Shown: piece by piece, positions 24,992 to 38,890 of the stretch | Layout of the letters: every line of letters starts with the position of its first letter | How positions within the stretch are numbered: position 1 is the first letter of the stretch | Assembly: GCF_004010195.1 (NCBI RefSeq) | Contig: NC_057759.1 | Location: 6,518,734 to 6,582,733 of the forward strand | Reading direction: 5' to 3' | Length of the DNA: 64,000 nt | Origin: Chiloscyllium plagiosum | Lineage: Eukaryota | Translations under genes and position numbers: made by a program | Notes under the pieces: generated by a model | Database searches by the model: none | Told to the model about the DNA's origin: nothing | What the model saw: only the letters and a program-made list of their open reading frames with translations

Positions 24992-25156
24992 AGCGCCGCT
25001 CACTCTCAGACATAGAATAAGGGAAAGCGAGCTCGGAGCTCCCTTTTATAGACTGACGACGTCATCAATGCTAATGAGGGATGGAGGAAAGCCTTGGTCT
25101 GATTGGGTAGCTTACAAGGACTCGTTCCCAAACACTCCAGTCTCTGTGATTGGGTA
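24992..25156 (-). promoter_or_regulatory. H2B promoter (TATA, CRE-like, octamer-like, two CCAAT)
   Basis: TATAAAA at 25044-25050 (-), TGACGACGTCA at 25054-25064, ATGCTAAT at 25068-25075, GATTGG near 25101 and 25148. The same motifs occur in the same order at 56168-56266. Confidence 0.8.
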
Positions 25157-25302
25157 AAGTGGGATCCAATCTGTCAGAATCTGCAACGAAATGTGAAGTG
25201 GATGGTGATTCTGTTACTGTCAGACTGACTGAGGGAGATTTGTTTTATGTCTGTCACACAGAAAGTGACTGTGGTATTGGCTCGATTTCCTTTTGCTCTT
25301 TG

Positions 25303-25435
25303 AGGAGAAAATGAGGTCTGCAGATGCTGGAGATCAGAGCTGAAAATGTGTTGCTGGAAAAGCGCAGGTCAGGCAGCATCCAGGGAACAGGAGAATCGAC
25401 GTTTCGGGCATAAGCCCTTCTTCAGGAAACCCTTC
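25303..25435 (-). mobile_element. Short Penelope-derived element with intact hammerhead
   Basis: Minus strand CTGAAGAAGGGCTTATGCCCGAAACGTCGATT at 25394-25425; flanked by TTCCTTTTGCTCTTTG (25287-25302 and 25436-25451). Confidence 0.85.
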
Positions 25436-25528
25436 TTCCTTTTGCTCTTTGTTGTGATGATGTGGGAGTGGAAGGGTGTGTTTCCAGCTCCGCATGTCTA
25501 TTTCTGGTCCTCTCTATGGATCCCTTCT

Positions 25529-25850
25529 CAGTGGTTAGCACTGCTGCCTCAACGCGCCAGGGACCCTGGTTCGAATCCAGTTTCGGGCGACTGTCTGTGT
25601 GGATTTTGAACATTCTCCCCGTGTCTGAGTGGGTTTCTTCCGAATGCTGTTTTCCTCTCACAATGCAAAGGCGTGCAGGGAGGTGAATTGGCCATGCTAA
25701 CTGCCCATAATGTTCAGGCATGGGTCGGTTAGGTGCATTAATCAGGAGTAAATGCAGAATAATGGGGAATGGATCTGGGTGGATTACTCTTCGGAGGGTC
25801 GGTGTTATTGGGCCGAAGTGCCTAATTCTACACTGTAGGGATTCTAAGAC
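25529..25850 (+). mobile_element. tRNA-derived SINE (HE1-like)
   Basis: CAGTGGTTAGCACTGCTGCCTC...GGTTCGAATCC and the conserved SINE body. Confidence 0.85.
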
Positions 25851-27169
25851 TGTGAGTGGTTTCTAGGTTTGGGGTTGATGGAACTCGTTCTCAACTGCAC
25901 AGAGTTGGAGAGAGATGAAAAAAAGTCCTCATTTAAAACTTCTATTGAGTCACGGGTTGAAAATGTCTGTCTTGTCTGTGGGATTAATATATTTCTGAGA
26001 ACTTGATTGCTAACCGTGGGCCCAGAGACCGACGTGTAACTGTGTGCTTTGCAAGTAACTGCAGTGTATCAGAACCACGTTGCTGCAGTTTTTATTTCGG
26101 AGTATTGAACTTTCACGCAGGGATTTAGAGCATTTCGCAGTCTCATACGAATGCCTGTTAACCAGTAACCGTTAGCATGCTATATATGTCTCACTTGAAC
26201 TTTGTATCTATCGAGTCCTTATTTAGACACTTTGCATGACTTCAACACCTGTCCATTGAGCCTGTGGTCCTCTGTGTAATAGTCAATTAGTGTTACTGCA
26301 AGACAGGTTTTATTCTGTATCCACCAAACACTGATGGAAGCTGTAAAACTTTACACCATTTGCCTGCCACTTGGAAATGTTCCTCCAATCTGTGCCTGGG
26401 AGGTAAAGCATTTTTGTTTATTCTATTTCACAGTCCTTACATGTCAATATGTTACTGGACTGTAACTCAAACCTTCTGAAGTGTAATCTGTTGTTTTTTT
26501 ATTCTGTAGGTGTCAGTCATTAACATAAGAATGTGTCACATTTAGTATCTACAATTTTGAGTGTGACCAAACACCACTTTAGACAGTCTCAGCTAGGACT
26601 AATTCCCCTCCACAGCAAATCCTTACAATCAACTTCTGCGATTTGACAGTAAGTTTGTATTTATAACTGTAGCATTTGGCAAGAGGCAATATCTTGTACC
26701 TTGCGGAATTTGCAATAACAATGTTACTGCTGATGTCACACTGTTCATGTCAGTTTCTCACCAGTGAATAGTTGCATTGTATCCTAACAATTCATTGTTT
26801 TGCAACTGACTCCGTATTTCATTCTGTAACTGCCAGTTTGTTGTTTCTAATCTTGTTTTCACTCAGTTTCTGTCAATACACTGGCATGTGAGAGAGCAAA
26901 TATTTCAACATTTCTAACTTTCAGATGAAATGAATGTTTTTTTTTTAACTCCATCCCTGTTATGTCACAGGGACTTGTAATTGAATCTGTCAGTATGTGA
27001 TCTGTGAGCACACAGTAAGTTAGAGATAAAATGCAAGGTGAATGATGCTTCTCATTTCTGTCATGCAATTGAAGGGTATATACTACAGTTATTAATTTCT
27101 TTCAGATTTGTGTCAGTTTAAATGTCTCAAAGTAGAAGACAAAAAGAAAAATGAGAATTCTGTGACATT

Positions 27170-27420
27170 TTTATCTGCCTGTGTGTACTGAGCTCTGAGA
27201 ATATGAGTGCTATCAAAATGTACCTGTCAGTTTTATTTTAATGAATATGACAACATTGTTTCAAATCTATACCTGTCAGTTTCGGCAGTGTGAAAGTTTG
27301 AGCGCAGTTTTCATTCTGAACCTGAGTTTCAACTACATGAATGAATAAGTGCATTTGAAAGTATCGGTACCTTTCAGTGTGTGCTCTGTGAATAAATGAG
27401 TGTACTTATAATATTAGTCT
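27170..27420 (-). repeat. Degenerate 47-49 bp tandem repeat (reverse orientation)
   Basis: Several TACCTGTCAGTTT...TGTGAA units. Confidence 0.7.
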
Positions 27421-27624
27421 CTGTTTAACATGACACTTGCCACAAACTGCAGGAGCTCTTTTTACTTCAAATCTCTGTTGTTCAACATACAAAAGATTTT
27501 ATCATTTGCCATCCATGTCAGGGTAGCATGGTGGCACACTGGTGTCAGGGACCCAGTTTCAATTCCAGCCTTGGCTCATTGTGCAAACTGCACACAAATC
27601 TGCTCCCCATGTCTGCATTGGTTT

Positions 27625-28289
27625 TGCCCAACAAACCTCCTTACTAATTTAAAACCAGCAACACAGAAAAGATTTATCCCATGCAGTAATCTGTGAAAAT
27701 TCAATAGGCCAAGAACTAGTTAAAGTAAAGATTAACAGCTTTATTTATTAAAGTATAACAAAGAGTGATTAACTAACAACTATTTACAACTCCTTCCTCG
27801 AACCTATCTTCTATAATACTAGTCCAATAGACCTCCTGATTAAGACTTACAAAACAAAACTTCATACCTCAAAACCAGGAGCTTTCGGTTCTTTTCTGTA
27901 TTCCTGTCTTTTGTTCTTCTTGGGGATTTTGCTTCACAGGTCACTGATCGATAAAGGTACCTTTAAGAGAGTTAATTTTCAGGCAGTCTTTTTACATGCT
28001 GGTGGCTTGGCAATTCTCCCAACTGTTCATTTTTTCCCGGTCTTGTACCTGCAGAGCATAGGACTGTATTATTGACTTATAAGATTGTCAATATACTCAA
28101 TTCAAACTGGATTGGAATTTGGTATTTTCGGGATATAATTTAAACTGATTGGTCAAATTCAATTTTGTTTTAGTCTCCAGTCAAGCAGTGACTTGAGTTG
28201 TTTGACCAAATGCTACTTTTTTTTTCAGAACACTTGGTGTTGTCCAGTTCAACTGGCTTAAAGGTAGTTATATGAACGTCTGTGTAACA
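27625..28289 (-). mobile_element. Solo LTR inserted in an old SINE
   Basis: TG...CA ends, GTTT target duplication (27621-27624 and 28290-28293), AATAAA on the minus strand near 27740; SINE halves at 27520-27624 and 28290-28510. Confidence 0.75.
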
Positions 28290-31200
28290 GTTTCCTCTGG
28301 GTATTCCACTATCCTTCCACAGTCCAAACAAGCAGGTTAGCTGGACTAGCCATGGTAAATTGCCCTGTAATATTCAGCAATGTTCAGACTAGGTGGGTTA
28401 ACTATGTTAAAGATGTGGTTATGGGGGTAGGGGGTCTATATCTGGGTGGGATGTGCTTTGGTAAATTGTTGCAGGCCTGTGGGCTGAATGACCTCTACCT
28501 GGACTGGAGGACCTCTGTACTGAAAATTAAAGTGACACTTTTTATATCATTGTCAGTCTCTGGCACTCTAAAGCAGGTTGGATAATTTCCACAACTTTTA
28601 TTCAAAGGTATTGTTTATGATTGTAAGTTATTTTCTGGATTGATCAGTCTCTGGTCTGAATGTGTACTTTGAATTTATTGTTCACATATTTATAACAAGA
28701 CCAGTATTAGAGTTTCTTCATTCTGTGCCCAATAATCTCTGGGTATCTGTCTGAATGTGTACCTTTTCATGTAAATGTTTGATTTTCCTTTGGACTACTT
28801 AAAAACAAAGTATTTAGTCAGTCATTTTGTCTGAGATTTGTTCTACTTTCTTTTTGTGGAAACAAATTAATTTGCAATATTTGTTTCAATCTGATGCTTA
28901 GCTGCTATTTAATTCCTCCAGTCTGGATAAAAAGAATTGATACATGAATTACATACAGTCAGAGAGCCAGACAGCAAGTTTAAGTCTTAAGCAAGTTTAA
29001 GAGATAATTGGATGAATAATTAGTTGGAATTTTTATTTACTTCTTTCCCTACTTAAGTGGAATACATTGTGAACATGTAATAGGTTCAGTATTTTCTAAT
29101 AAACAAGTAGAATTTACTTTTTAACCAAGGTGATACCACGCATTTAAAAGCTATAGGAAGTTCACTTCTAAATGGGACTGACATACTTCACTCTCACACT
29201 GTCCTGGACTACTTGTTTAATGAAATGCTAGTTCTCCCAACTGTGACATCTTTGAGGTCATGACTTTTCTATTTTTGCCTATAGACCTACTAACCTGACA
29301 GTATCTCTACGTTGCAAGTTATTCTGCACCCGCTGTGTATTGGCACCATCTCACTCCTTGTTATGTCCAGAAATTATCAGTTTCCTTCAAGTCCTTCCTT
29401 ACATGAATAAGGACAATAACTGGTGCAATCTGCAACTGTTTGTTCTTCTGTGAGTACAGAACTAATCTTGTTTCTTCCATTCACTTGTACGGTTTGTGCA
29501 CTCAGAAAGTACTTTCTACCTGTCAGTCTGTGCTATTCAATGGAACTTTGGATATGGTTCATTGTCCTTCGAAACTCTGCTCAGATGTGACAGGCAGTCA
29601 ACAGATTAGAGCCATGTTGTCCAGTGAAAAACTTGGAAACTAAAATTTAATGTTGACTGCTCAGGCTATTGTGTACACGCACTGATTTTTTGTATAAAAA
29701 ACATTTTTGAACGGAATAATTGTTATGATACAGGAAGGATGCCGACACTCACTTGATCCTGCTTCAATCCTCCTGTGTTGTGTTACTAAGCAGTTTAAAT
29801 GTTTGCTGTAAAGTGGACAGCCAATTAGCAAAGGAGAGAGTTTTCAGTTCATGTTCCCTGAAGTGAATGGTAAAGACCTTATTTTCTTTGACTGTTTGTG
29901 TCTGTAAGATTCACAGGCAAGTGAAACTGGAACACATGGTCACAGAAAGGTTCTGTGCTGTTCTTCAGAGTCAAGGAGGTAAAAGCAATGGACCTTTGCA
30001 ACTCCAATAGTGCAGAGTCTAACTGGGAGTAATGATATCAAGGTGTGGCCTTCAGACTTTCATACAGTTATATAGCACAGAAATAGATCCGTTGGTCCGA
30101 GTTGTTAGTGCTGAGCAGAGATCCTAATCCAACCTAGTCCTATTTAAGTTAAAAATCTCAACACAAGCTCATTCTCTGACAGGTTTACGTGGATGCACTA
30201 GTTTTCAGAGCAATAAAGGAGCAGTACACTGAAAGCTAGTGCTTCCAAATAAATCTGCTGTACGAGAAACTGGTCTTGTGTGATTCTTAACATTGTCCAC
30301 CCCAGTCCAACACGAGCACCTCCATATCATGGCTACTCCCACTTGCCAGCATTTAGCACATATCCCTCTAAACTGGTCCTATTCTTGTATATATCCAGGT
30401 CTCTATAAAAGTTTGTAATTGTACCCATCACCTCCACTTCCTCTGGTAGCTCATTCCATACAAGCACCACCCTCTATGTGAAAAGTAACCCCTCTTGTCC
30501 TTTTTAAATATATTTTCCACAATTTAGACCTGTGCCCTCTATTTTTGCACGCACTCACATTTGAAAAAAGACCTTGGCTATCACCCTATCATGCCCCTCA
30601 TGATTCTTTCAACCAATACAAAGGCCACACCTCATTCTCCGACAGTCCAGGCAACAAAGCAACAACCTGTTCAACCTCTCCCTATAACTCAAAGAACTGA
30701 GAAGTGGAAGGTGGAGTTTAATTCAGATAAATGCAAGGTGCCGCATTTTGGGAAAGCAAATCTTAGCAGGACTTATACACTTAATGGTAAGATCATAGGT
30801 GTGTTGCTGAACAAAGAAACCTTGGAGTGCAGATTCATAGCTTCTTGAAAGTGGATTCGCAGGTAGATAGGATAGTGAAGAAGGCGTTTGGTATGCTTTC
30901 TTTTATTGGTCAGAGTACTGAGTACAGGAGTTGGGAGGTCATGTTGTGGCTGTATAGGACATTGGTTAGCCCACTGTTGGAATATTGTGCGCAATTCTGG
31001 TCTCTGCATTCTGATGTTGTGAAACTTGAAAGAGTTCAGAAAAGACTTACAAGGATGTTGCCAGGCTTGGAGGATTTGAGCCAAAGGAAGAGACTGAACA
31101 GGCTGGGGCTATTTTCCCTGGAGCGTCGGAGGCTGAGGGGTGACCTCACAGAAGTTTACAAAATTATGAGGGGCATGGATAGGATAAATAGGCAAAGTAT

Positions 31201-31604
31201 CTTCCCTGGGGTTGGGGAGTCCAGAACTAGAGGGCATAGGTTTAGGGTGAGAGGGAAAAGATATAAGAGAGACCTAAGGGGCAACTTTTTCACACGCAGG
31301 ATGGCACAGGTATGGAATGAGCTGCCAGAGGAAGTGGTGGAGGCTGGAACAATTGCAACATTTAAGAGGCATTTGTATGGGTATATGAATAAGAAGGGTT
31401 TGGAGGGATATGGGCTGGGTGCTGGCAGGTGGGACAAGATTGGGTTGGGTTATCTGGTTGGCATGGACTGGTTGGACCGAAGGGTCTGTTTCCACGCTGT
31501 ACATCTCTATTACTCTATAACTCAAACCCTCTAATCCTGGCAATGAAACATACTGATGAGAATAGTGCAGTTGAAGTGATTTATATGGACTTCTGTAAGG
31601 CCTT

Positions 31605-33153
31605 TGTCGGAGCATAACCTCCGACTGGGGATGAAAGACTCAGCAGGCAGGCAGGCAGCATTCAGGCAAGTGGTAGGTGTTTATTCAATCAGAAACCGGT
31701 TAGCGCAGGCAGAGGGCTAAAGGATCGTCCTCAGAGACAGGCCTCAGAACAGAGGTCCATGACACACTCTGATTTTACAATAAAAAGCAATATTTTATAT
31801 AAATTTTATGATAACAATCAGAAACTTGATTACAATAATCTTACTCTTCATACCCTATTCGATGAAACACCTAATCAATGGTGGGTATTTCTTTGGACAA
31901 TCCCAGGATCCTAGACGTCTCAGTTTCACGGAAACTAATCTCGAGGTCTTGCGATCTTTCTATTTATCCTATTCATTTACATTCCAAAGTTATTTGCGAT
32001 ACACCTTTGGGTTTCTCTCAGGCTAGCTTCTCTCTCAGGACAGCTTGAATATTGTTATTCATTGTATTCCATTTTATCAAGTTCAATTGCTCCTCTGATA
32101 TAATGGGCGGCACGGTGGCACAGTGGTTAGCACTGCTGCCTCACAGCGCCAGAGACCTGGGTTCAATTCCCGCCTCAGGCGACTGACTGTGTGGAGTTTG
32201 CACGTTCTCCCCGTGTCTGCGTGGGTTTCCTCTGGGTGCTCCGGTTTCCTCCCACAGTCCAAAGATGTGCAGGTCAGGTGAATTGGCCATGCTAAATTGC
32301 CCATAGTGTTAGGTAAAGGGTAAATGTAGGGATATGGGTGGGTTGCGCTTCGGCGGGTCGGTGTAGTCTTGTTGGGCTGAAGGGCCTGTTTCCACACTGT
32401 AATGTAATCTAATCTAATCTAATCTAAATAATTAGGGCAATGGGGAATATATGAAGAAAAATCAATGGGCAGTTTGTTTTGACTTACTTGCCATTGACTT
32501 GTAATTTTAACTTTTGTTATAAAAAGTTAGCTACAAAGTGTAAATTTATTTGCCCCAATTGTTAGCACTCTGATTAATAGGCCGTGAGCAATCTATTTTG
32601 TACTAGGCATAAGAGAAGGCATTACCTAAAGCTAGCTAACCTTCACTTCCAGGTTTAAATGCTTCTTTTCCTCTTTATGCTTTGGTATTATGCACCTATT
32701 TTTTATGCTGAAAACTACAGTGATGATGGTAAGACTCTTTATGAGAACCTTTTCCTTAATATTCAAACTTATTTCAAGAAACTGAGTACTATAAGATAAC
32801 TTTAGCTGTTGCACCCTCAGCTGTTTTAGGGCATTAATGGGCTGTAACTAGCACCTGGTGATTGTTCAGTAACTGGGACAATTACCCTTTTATTTAATGT
32901 GGCTGGAGTTACTCATTTACGGGACCTTCTGTCTGCTTGTCAGAACTGTTTCAAATTGGAACAGGCTGGGTCCTTGGAGTGGCTTGTTCAATGGTATCAT
33001 TCTGCCTTACTGAGTGAGTAGGCTGTACGCCTTAGTTTCTGCCTGCCATTCTGTTTCACATCCTGCTGTTTAATTCTACTTTCCACTTCTCAGCCAGTTT
33101 GTGTTAACAGACATGAGCCACTCACTTCTGGCCAGGTACAGGCCACCCCAATA
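31605..33153 (-). mobile_element. Probable solo LTR (about 1.2 kb without its nested SINE)
   Basis: Interrupts the CR1 motif AAGGCCTT|TGACAAGG with an imperfect GCCTT/GTCTT duplication. Its minus-strand 3' end AATAAACACCTACCACTTGCCTGA...GCTCCGACA matches 62864-62937. Confidence 0.7.
32105..32427 (+). mobile_element. Full-length young tRNA-derived SINE (HE1-like)
   Basis: GGGCGGCACGGTGGCACAGTGG (A box), GGTTCAATTCC (B box), CR1-like 3' end, (TAATC)n tail. Confidence 0.93.
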
Positions 33154-34989
33154 GTCTTTGACAAGGCCAAAGTCCCATATAAAAGACCAGTCCAAGCTTG
33201 GGTCTTGGAGTCTTAAGCACACTGGAGCTGAAATTAGCTTGCAGACAGGATGCAAACTATAATGGTGGAGGGTTGCGTTTGTGATTGGAAGCCTGTGACC
33301 AGCAGTGAACCACAGGGATCAGTGCTGGGACCCTTGCTACTTGTTAAGTATATATTAATAATTGGATGTGAATATAGAAAATATAATTATTAAGCCTACT
33401 GATGAAGTTTTCGTGTGGAAGTGTTAAATATTTTAGTGCAGTCTTGGTGTGCAAAGGACCTGTTCCTGTGCTGTATTGTTCTTTGTTCTGTGATATGAAA
33501 GTTGGTGGCGTTATTGACAGTGAGGGGGGATGGTCTCAGGCTACAGTATGAGTACATTGGGCAGAGCAATGGCAGATGGAATTTAATCCTGATAAATGTG
33601 AGGTAATGCATTTTGCGTGTTCTAATAAGGGAAAGAATTACACAATGAAGGATTGGTCCCGAGGGAGTACTGAGGACCAAAGGTACCTTGGTGTACAAGT
33701 CTATAGATCCCAGAAGGTGTCAGCACCAGCAGACAGGCTGCTGAAGGCGGCATACAGAATGCTTTTCAGAGTTGTCGAATATAAGAGCAAGGAAGTCTTA
33801 TTCCAGCTTTATAAAACAGATCAAATACTGTGTGCAGTTCTGATTGCCACACAATTAGAAGGATGGGATTGGCTGGAGAGGATGCAGTGGGTTGGAAAGT
33901 CTCTGTCAAAAGGGGAGACCATATGAGCTGGTTTTGCTTTCCTTGGAGCAGAGGAGGTTGAGGGAGGATCTGACTGAAATATACAAAATTGTGAATGATG
34001 CAGCAGAGTAGATTGTGAGAATCTTTCTCCCCTTGGCAGATGTGTCTGAGACCAGAGGGCACAAGTTGATGTTGTGGGGAAACCAGTTTAGAGGATATCT
34101 GAGAAAAAAAAATTGATGTAGATGGTGGGTAAAGTTTGAACTGTGCTGCCTGAATGTGAGATGGAATACTCTCACAGCATTTAAGCAGCATTTGGATATG
34201 CCCTTATGGAACCAGGACATAGTTAACTGTGGGCCAAGTGCAGATAAATAGGATAAATGCAGTTTGGTGTTTGTTGGACATCATGGACATGTTGGGCTGA
34301 GGGATCTGTTTCTATGTTGTATGACTCTATATCGCTATAATATCCTTGTAAATCTTTTCTGCAGCATCTAAAGTTTAACAACATCCTTCCTGGAGAAGGG
34401 TGATGACTGTTGTACACAATCTCATAAAGGTGGCATCACTAATGTCCTGTACATCCACCACATGACATCCCAACTCCTACAATCAATGTTCTGACCAATG
34501 AAGGCAAGCATGCCAAATGCTTTCTTCACTGTCCTGTTTACCTGTGACTCTACTTTCAAGGAATTATGCAGCTGTACCCCGAGGTTTCTTTGTTCAGCAA
34601 CACTTACCAAGGCCCCACTATTAGTTGTATAAGCCCTGCCTTGTTTTTTCTTAAACAAAATCTAACACCTTTTTTTTCAGTGCACAGTGATATAATTACT
34701 TGAAGACTGTTGAAGTAAAGGTAGGTGTTAATTACCCTGCACTGTATTGTGATGGTACTCACCATCATTGGAAGCAATGATTTTCTCTCATGCAGTGGTG
34801 GAAATTGGAATAGACAAACTAAACTATTTGAAGAATGAAACTTGTGAATTTTTCTCGTAAAAAGAAAAATTATCAGTTTTAGTAATCTACGTTATCTTGT
34901 GGGGAGTTACCAAGACGTAGTCACACCTCAGGTACAAGAAAAATGGCCAATGGGTTACAGTCAGGGGACTGAAAGCGAACCAGCAGACA

Positions 34990-37785
34990 GTGCAGGGATG
35001 TTTGAGGACTCATCTAATGAGGTAGTCTGGGCTGAGGTTAGAAACAGGAAAGGAGAGGTGTTAGGTGTTTTCTATAGGCCACAGAATAGTTCCAGAGATG
35101 TAGAGGAAAGGCTTGTAAAGATGATTCTGGATAGGAGCGAGTTGTTATGGAGGAATTTAACTTTCAATTTCTTGACTGGAAATACAAAAATTTGAGTACT
35201 TCAGATGGATCAGTTTTTTGTCTAATGTGTGCAGAAGGGTTTCCTGACACAGTATGTAGACAGGCCAACCAGGGGCGAGACCACAATGGATTTAGATTAG
35301 ATTACATTACAATGTGGAGACAGGCCCTTCGGCCCAACAAGTCCACACCGACCCGCCGAAGCGCAACCCACCCATACCCCTACATTTACCCCTTACCCAA
35401 CACTACAGGCAATTTAGTATGGCCAATTCACCTCACCTGCACATCTTTGTGACTGTGGGAGGAAACCGGAGCACCCGGAGGAAACCCACGCAGACACGGG
35501 GAGAACGTGCAAACTCCACACAGTCAGTCGCCTGAGGTGGGAATTGAACCCGGGTCTCTGGCACTGTAAGGCAGCAGTGCTAACCACTGGGCCACCGTGC
35601 CGCCCACAATTTGGTATTGGGTAATGAACCTAGCCAGGTGTTAGATTTGGAGGTAGGTGAGCACTTTGTTGAGAGTGACCACAATTCGGTTATGTTTACT
35701 TTAACGAAGGAAAGGGATAGGTATGTACTGCAGGGCAAGAGCTATAACTGGGGGAAAAGACAATTATGATGAAATTAGGTGAGATTTATGATGCGTAAGA
35801 TGGGAAAGGAAACTGCAGGGAATGGGCACAATTGAAATGTGGAGCTTATTCAAGGAACAGCTACTGCGTGCCCTTGATTGGCATATACCTGTCAGGCAGG
35901 AAGGAAGTGGACGAGTGAGGGAGCCTTCGTTTACTAAGGAAGTTGATCTCTTGTCAAGAGGAAGGCGGCTTACAGTACGATGAGACATGAAGGCACAGTT
36001 AGGGCACTTGAGAGTTATATGCTAGCCAGGAGAGACCTAAAGAGAGACTTGAGAGGAGCCAGGAGGAGACAAGAGAAGTCTTTGGCAAACAGGATCAATA
36101 AAAATCCTAAAGCTTTCTATAGCTATATCAGGAACAAAAGAATAATTAGAATTAGATTCGGGTCAATCAAGGACAGGAGTGGGAAGTTGTGCGTGGAAAC
36201 CGAGTAGATAGGAGAAGTGCTAAATGAATATATTTCATTGTCTTTTTCCGGTGTGAATACCAATGTTGTCGACAAGAATACTGAGTTACAGGCTACTAAA
36301 CTAGATGGAATAAAGTATCACAAGGGAGAGGTGTTAGCAATTCTGGAAAGTGTGAAAATAGATAATCCCCTGGGCCAGATGGTATTTATCCTCGGATTCT
36401 CTGGGAAGCCAGGGAGGAGATTGCAGAGCCTTGGGCTTTGATCTTTGATCTTTATGTCATCATAGTCTACCGGAATAGTGCCAGAAGACCGGAATATAGC
36501 AAATGTTGTCCCTTTGAAGGGGAATAGAGACTACCCAGGTAATTATAGATCAGTGAGCCTTTCTTCGGTTGTGGGTAAAATATTGGAAAAGGCTAGAATA
36601 GACAGGATTTATAATCATCTCGATCAGAGTAAGTTGATTAGGAATAGCCAATATGGTTTTGTGAACGGTAGGTCATGCCTCACAAACCTTATTGAGTTCT
36701 TTGAGAAGGTGACCAAACAGGTGGATGAGTGGTAAGCACTTGATGCGATGTATATGGATTTCAGTAAAGTGTTTGATTAAGTGTTTTCAGTAAGGTTCCC
36801 AACTGTAGGCTATTGCACAAAATATGGAGGCATGGGATTGAGGGTGATTTAGCAGTTTGGCTCAGAAATTGGCTAGCTGAAAGAAGACAGAGGATGGTGG
36901 TTGATGAGGAATGTTCATCCTGGAGTTCAGTTATTAGTGGTGTACCACAAGGATCTGTTTTGAGTGAGGGCGTAGAAGGATGGGTTTGCAAATAATTTTC
37001 TGATGATACTAAAGGTCAGTGGAGTTGCGGACAGTGCTGAAGGATATTTCAGGTTACACAGGTACATAGATAAGCTGCAGAGTTGGGCTGAGAGGTGGCA
37101 AATGGAGTTTAATGTGTAAAAATGTGAGATAATTCACTTTGGAAGGAGTACTGGTCTAATGGTAAGGTTCTTGGTAGTGTAGATGAGCAGAGAGATCTCT
37201 ATGTACATGTACATTGATCCCTGAAAGTTGCCACTCAGGTTGATAGGGTTGTTAAGAAGCTTTTATTGAGAGAGGGATTGAGTTTTGGATTGGTCATGCT
37301 GCAGCTCTACAAAACTCTGGTGTGGCCGCACTTGGAAAATTGCACCCAGTTCTAGTCCCCGCATCACAGTGAGGATGTGGAAGCTTTGGAAAGGGTTCAT
37401 AGGTGATTTACTGGGCTGTTGCCTGGTCTGGAGGGAATGTCTTATGAGGAAAGGCTGAGGGAGTTCAGGCTTCATTAGAGAGAAGAAGGTTGAGAGGTAA
37501 CTTAATAGAGGCACATAAAATAATCAGAGGGTTAGATAGTGTGGGCAGTGAGAGCCTTATTTCTCCAATGGTGATGGCTAACACCAGTGGACATCGCTTT
37601 AAATTGAGGGATGATAAATATAAGACAGATGTCAGAGGTAGTTTCTTTACTCAGTAGTAGGGGCATGGAATATTCTGCCTGCGACTATAGTAGACTCGCC
37701 AACTTTAAGGGCAGTTAAATGGTCATTGGATAAACATATGGATGAAAATGCAATAGTATACTGCGCTGTCATGTTCTGTGTTCTA
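34990..37785 (+). mobile_element. CR1 LINE ORF2 remnant
   Basis: GVFYRPQN (endonuclease), NPKAFYSYI, NYRSVSLSSVVGKILE, SCLTNLIEFFE, GVPQGSVL (RT). Confidence 0.92.
35291..35606 (-). mobile_element. Full-length SINE inserted in CR1
   Basis: Reverse complement of the 32105 SINE. Confidence 0.93.
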
Positions 37786-38391
37786 TTATCTCACTAAATC
37801 TTTCATACTCCATTGTTTCAAATTATGATTATGTGATCACAGAGTATTTGAGAAAATGGTATTGAGGTTTCTTGCGTCTTATATCAGACCTCATAGGAAT
37901 GCAGGGCTACCTGTAGAAGATGAACGTTACTTTGAAACAATGGAGTAGGAAAGATTTAGTGAGATAATAGAACTTGGAACATGTCAGCGCAGTATACTAT
38001 TGCATTTTCATCCATATGTTTATCCAATGACCATTTAAATGCCCTTAAAGTTGGCGAGTCTACTATAGTTGCCTTTTTGATGAAGATAGAGTCATAAAAA
38101 AACTGTTCCTGCAAGTTGGAGAAATGGAGAATGATGTGCTAAAGGTGGGGATGGCAGCTCCTCTGCCACCATGATACATTTATGGAAATGGAATGCTGTC
38201 TGAGTGGAAGTAGAATTGTTAGCTGGATGTCTCTGACTGCTGCAGACCACAATGACTCCATGTGAGAGTGATATTCATCTCATTTGTATCATTTTCTGTT
38301 GGCTGCAGTTTATATGGAACTCCATAACTGTTAGTCCTGCTCTGCAGTTATGGTGTTTGTATTTTGAACTAATTCTGAATNNNNNNNNNNN

Positions 38392-38890
38392 CCCTCTTGA
38401 GATAATTGACAACATTGCATTCGCTTTCTTAATCACGGACTCAACCTGCATGTTTACCTTGACTATCCTCGACTCGCACTCCCAGATCCTTCTGTACTTT
38501 GGTTTTATGAATTTTCTCACCGTTTAGAAAGTGCAAGACTTCGCATTTGCTCACATTGAACTTCATCAGCCATTTCCTGGACGACTCTCCCAAACTGTCT
38601 AGATCCTTCTGCAGCCTCCCCACATCGTCAGTACTACCTACCTGTCCACCTAACTTCGTATCGTCGGCAAACTTCGCTAGAATGCCCCCAGTCCCTTTCA
38701 TCCAGATCATTAATATATAACGTGAACAGCTGCGGCCCCAACACTGAACCCTGCAGGACACCGCTTGTCACCGGCTGCCATTCCGAAAAAGAACCTCTTA
38801 TCCCAACTCTCTGCCTTCTGTCAGACAGCCAATCCTCAATCCATACCAGTAGCTCACCTCGAACACCATGGGCCCTCACCTTACTCAGGT
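38392..38890 (-). mobile_element. CR1 RT fragment
   Basis: [24 protein letters not shown] and [10 protein letters not shown]. Confidence 0.9.

Larger units (their letters stand above)
30057..34670. mobile_element. Nested CR1 complex: host CR1 (-) containing CR1 (+) 30694-31521 and CR1 (+) 31545-34335
   Basis: RT C-terminal ORF 30827-31534; direct repeat CTATAACTCAAA at 30682-30693 and 31515-31526; host sequence resumes at 31527 and at 34338. Confidence 0.85.

Noticed and set aside
24992-25003. Upstream GTG starts for H2B and the extended start for H2A given by the ORF track
   Set aside because: The H2B GTG lies in the 5' UTR and the extended H2A start sits just after the TATA box; histone homology starts at the downstream ATG in both.
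30827-31534. 235-aa ORF as a cellular gene
   Set aside because: C-terminal part of CR1 ORF2 in a 5'-truncated copy.
32105-32180. tRNA gene candidates at SINE heads
   Set aside because: A and B boxes continue into the SINE body and CR1-like tail; no clean cloverleaf or terminator.
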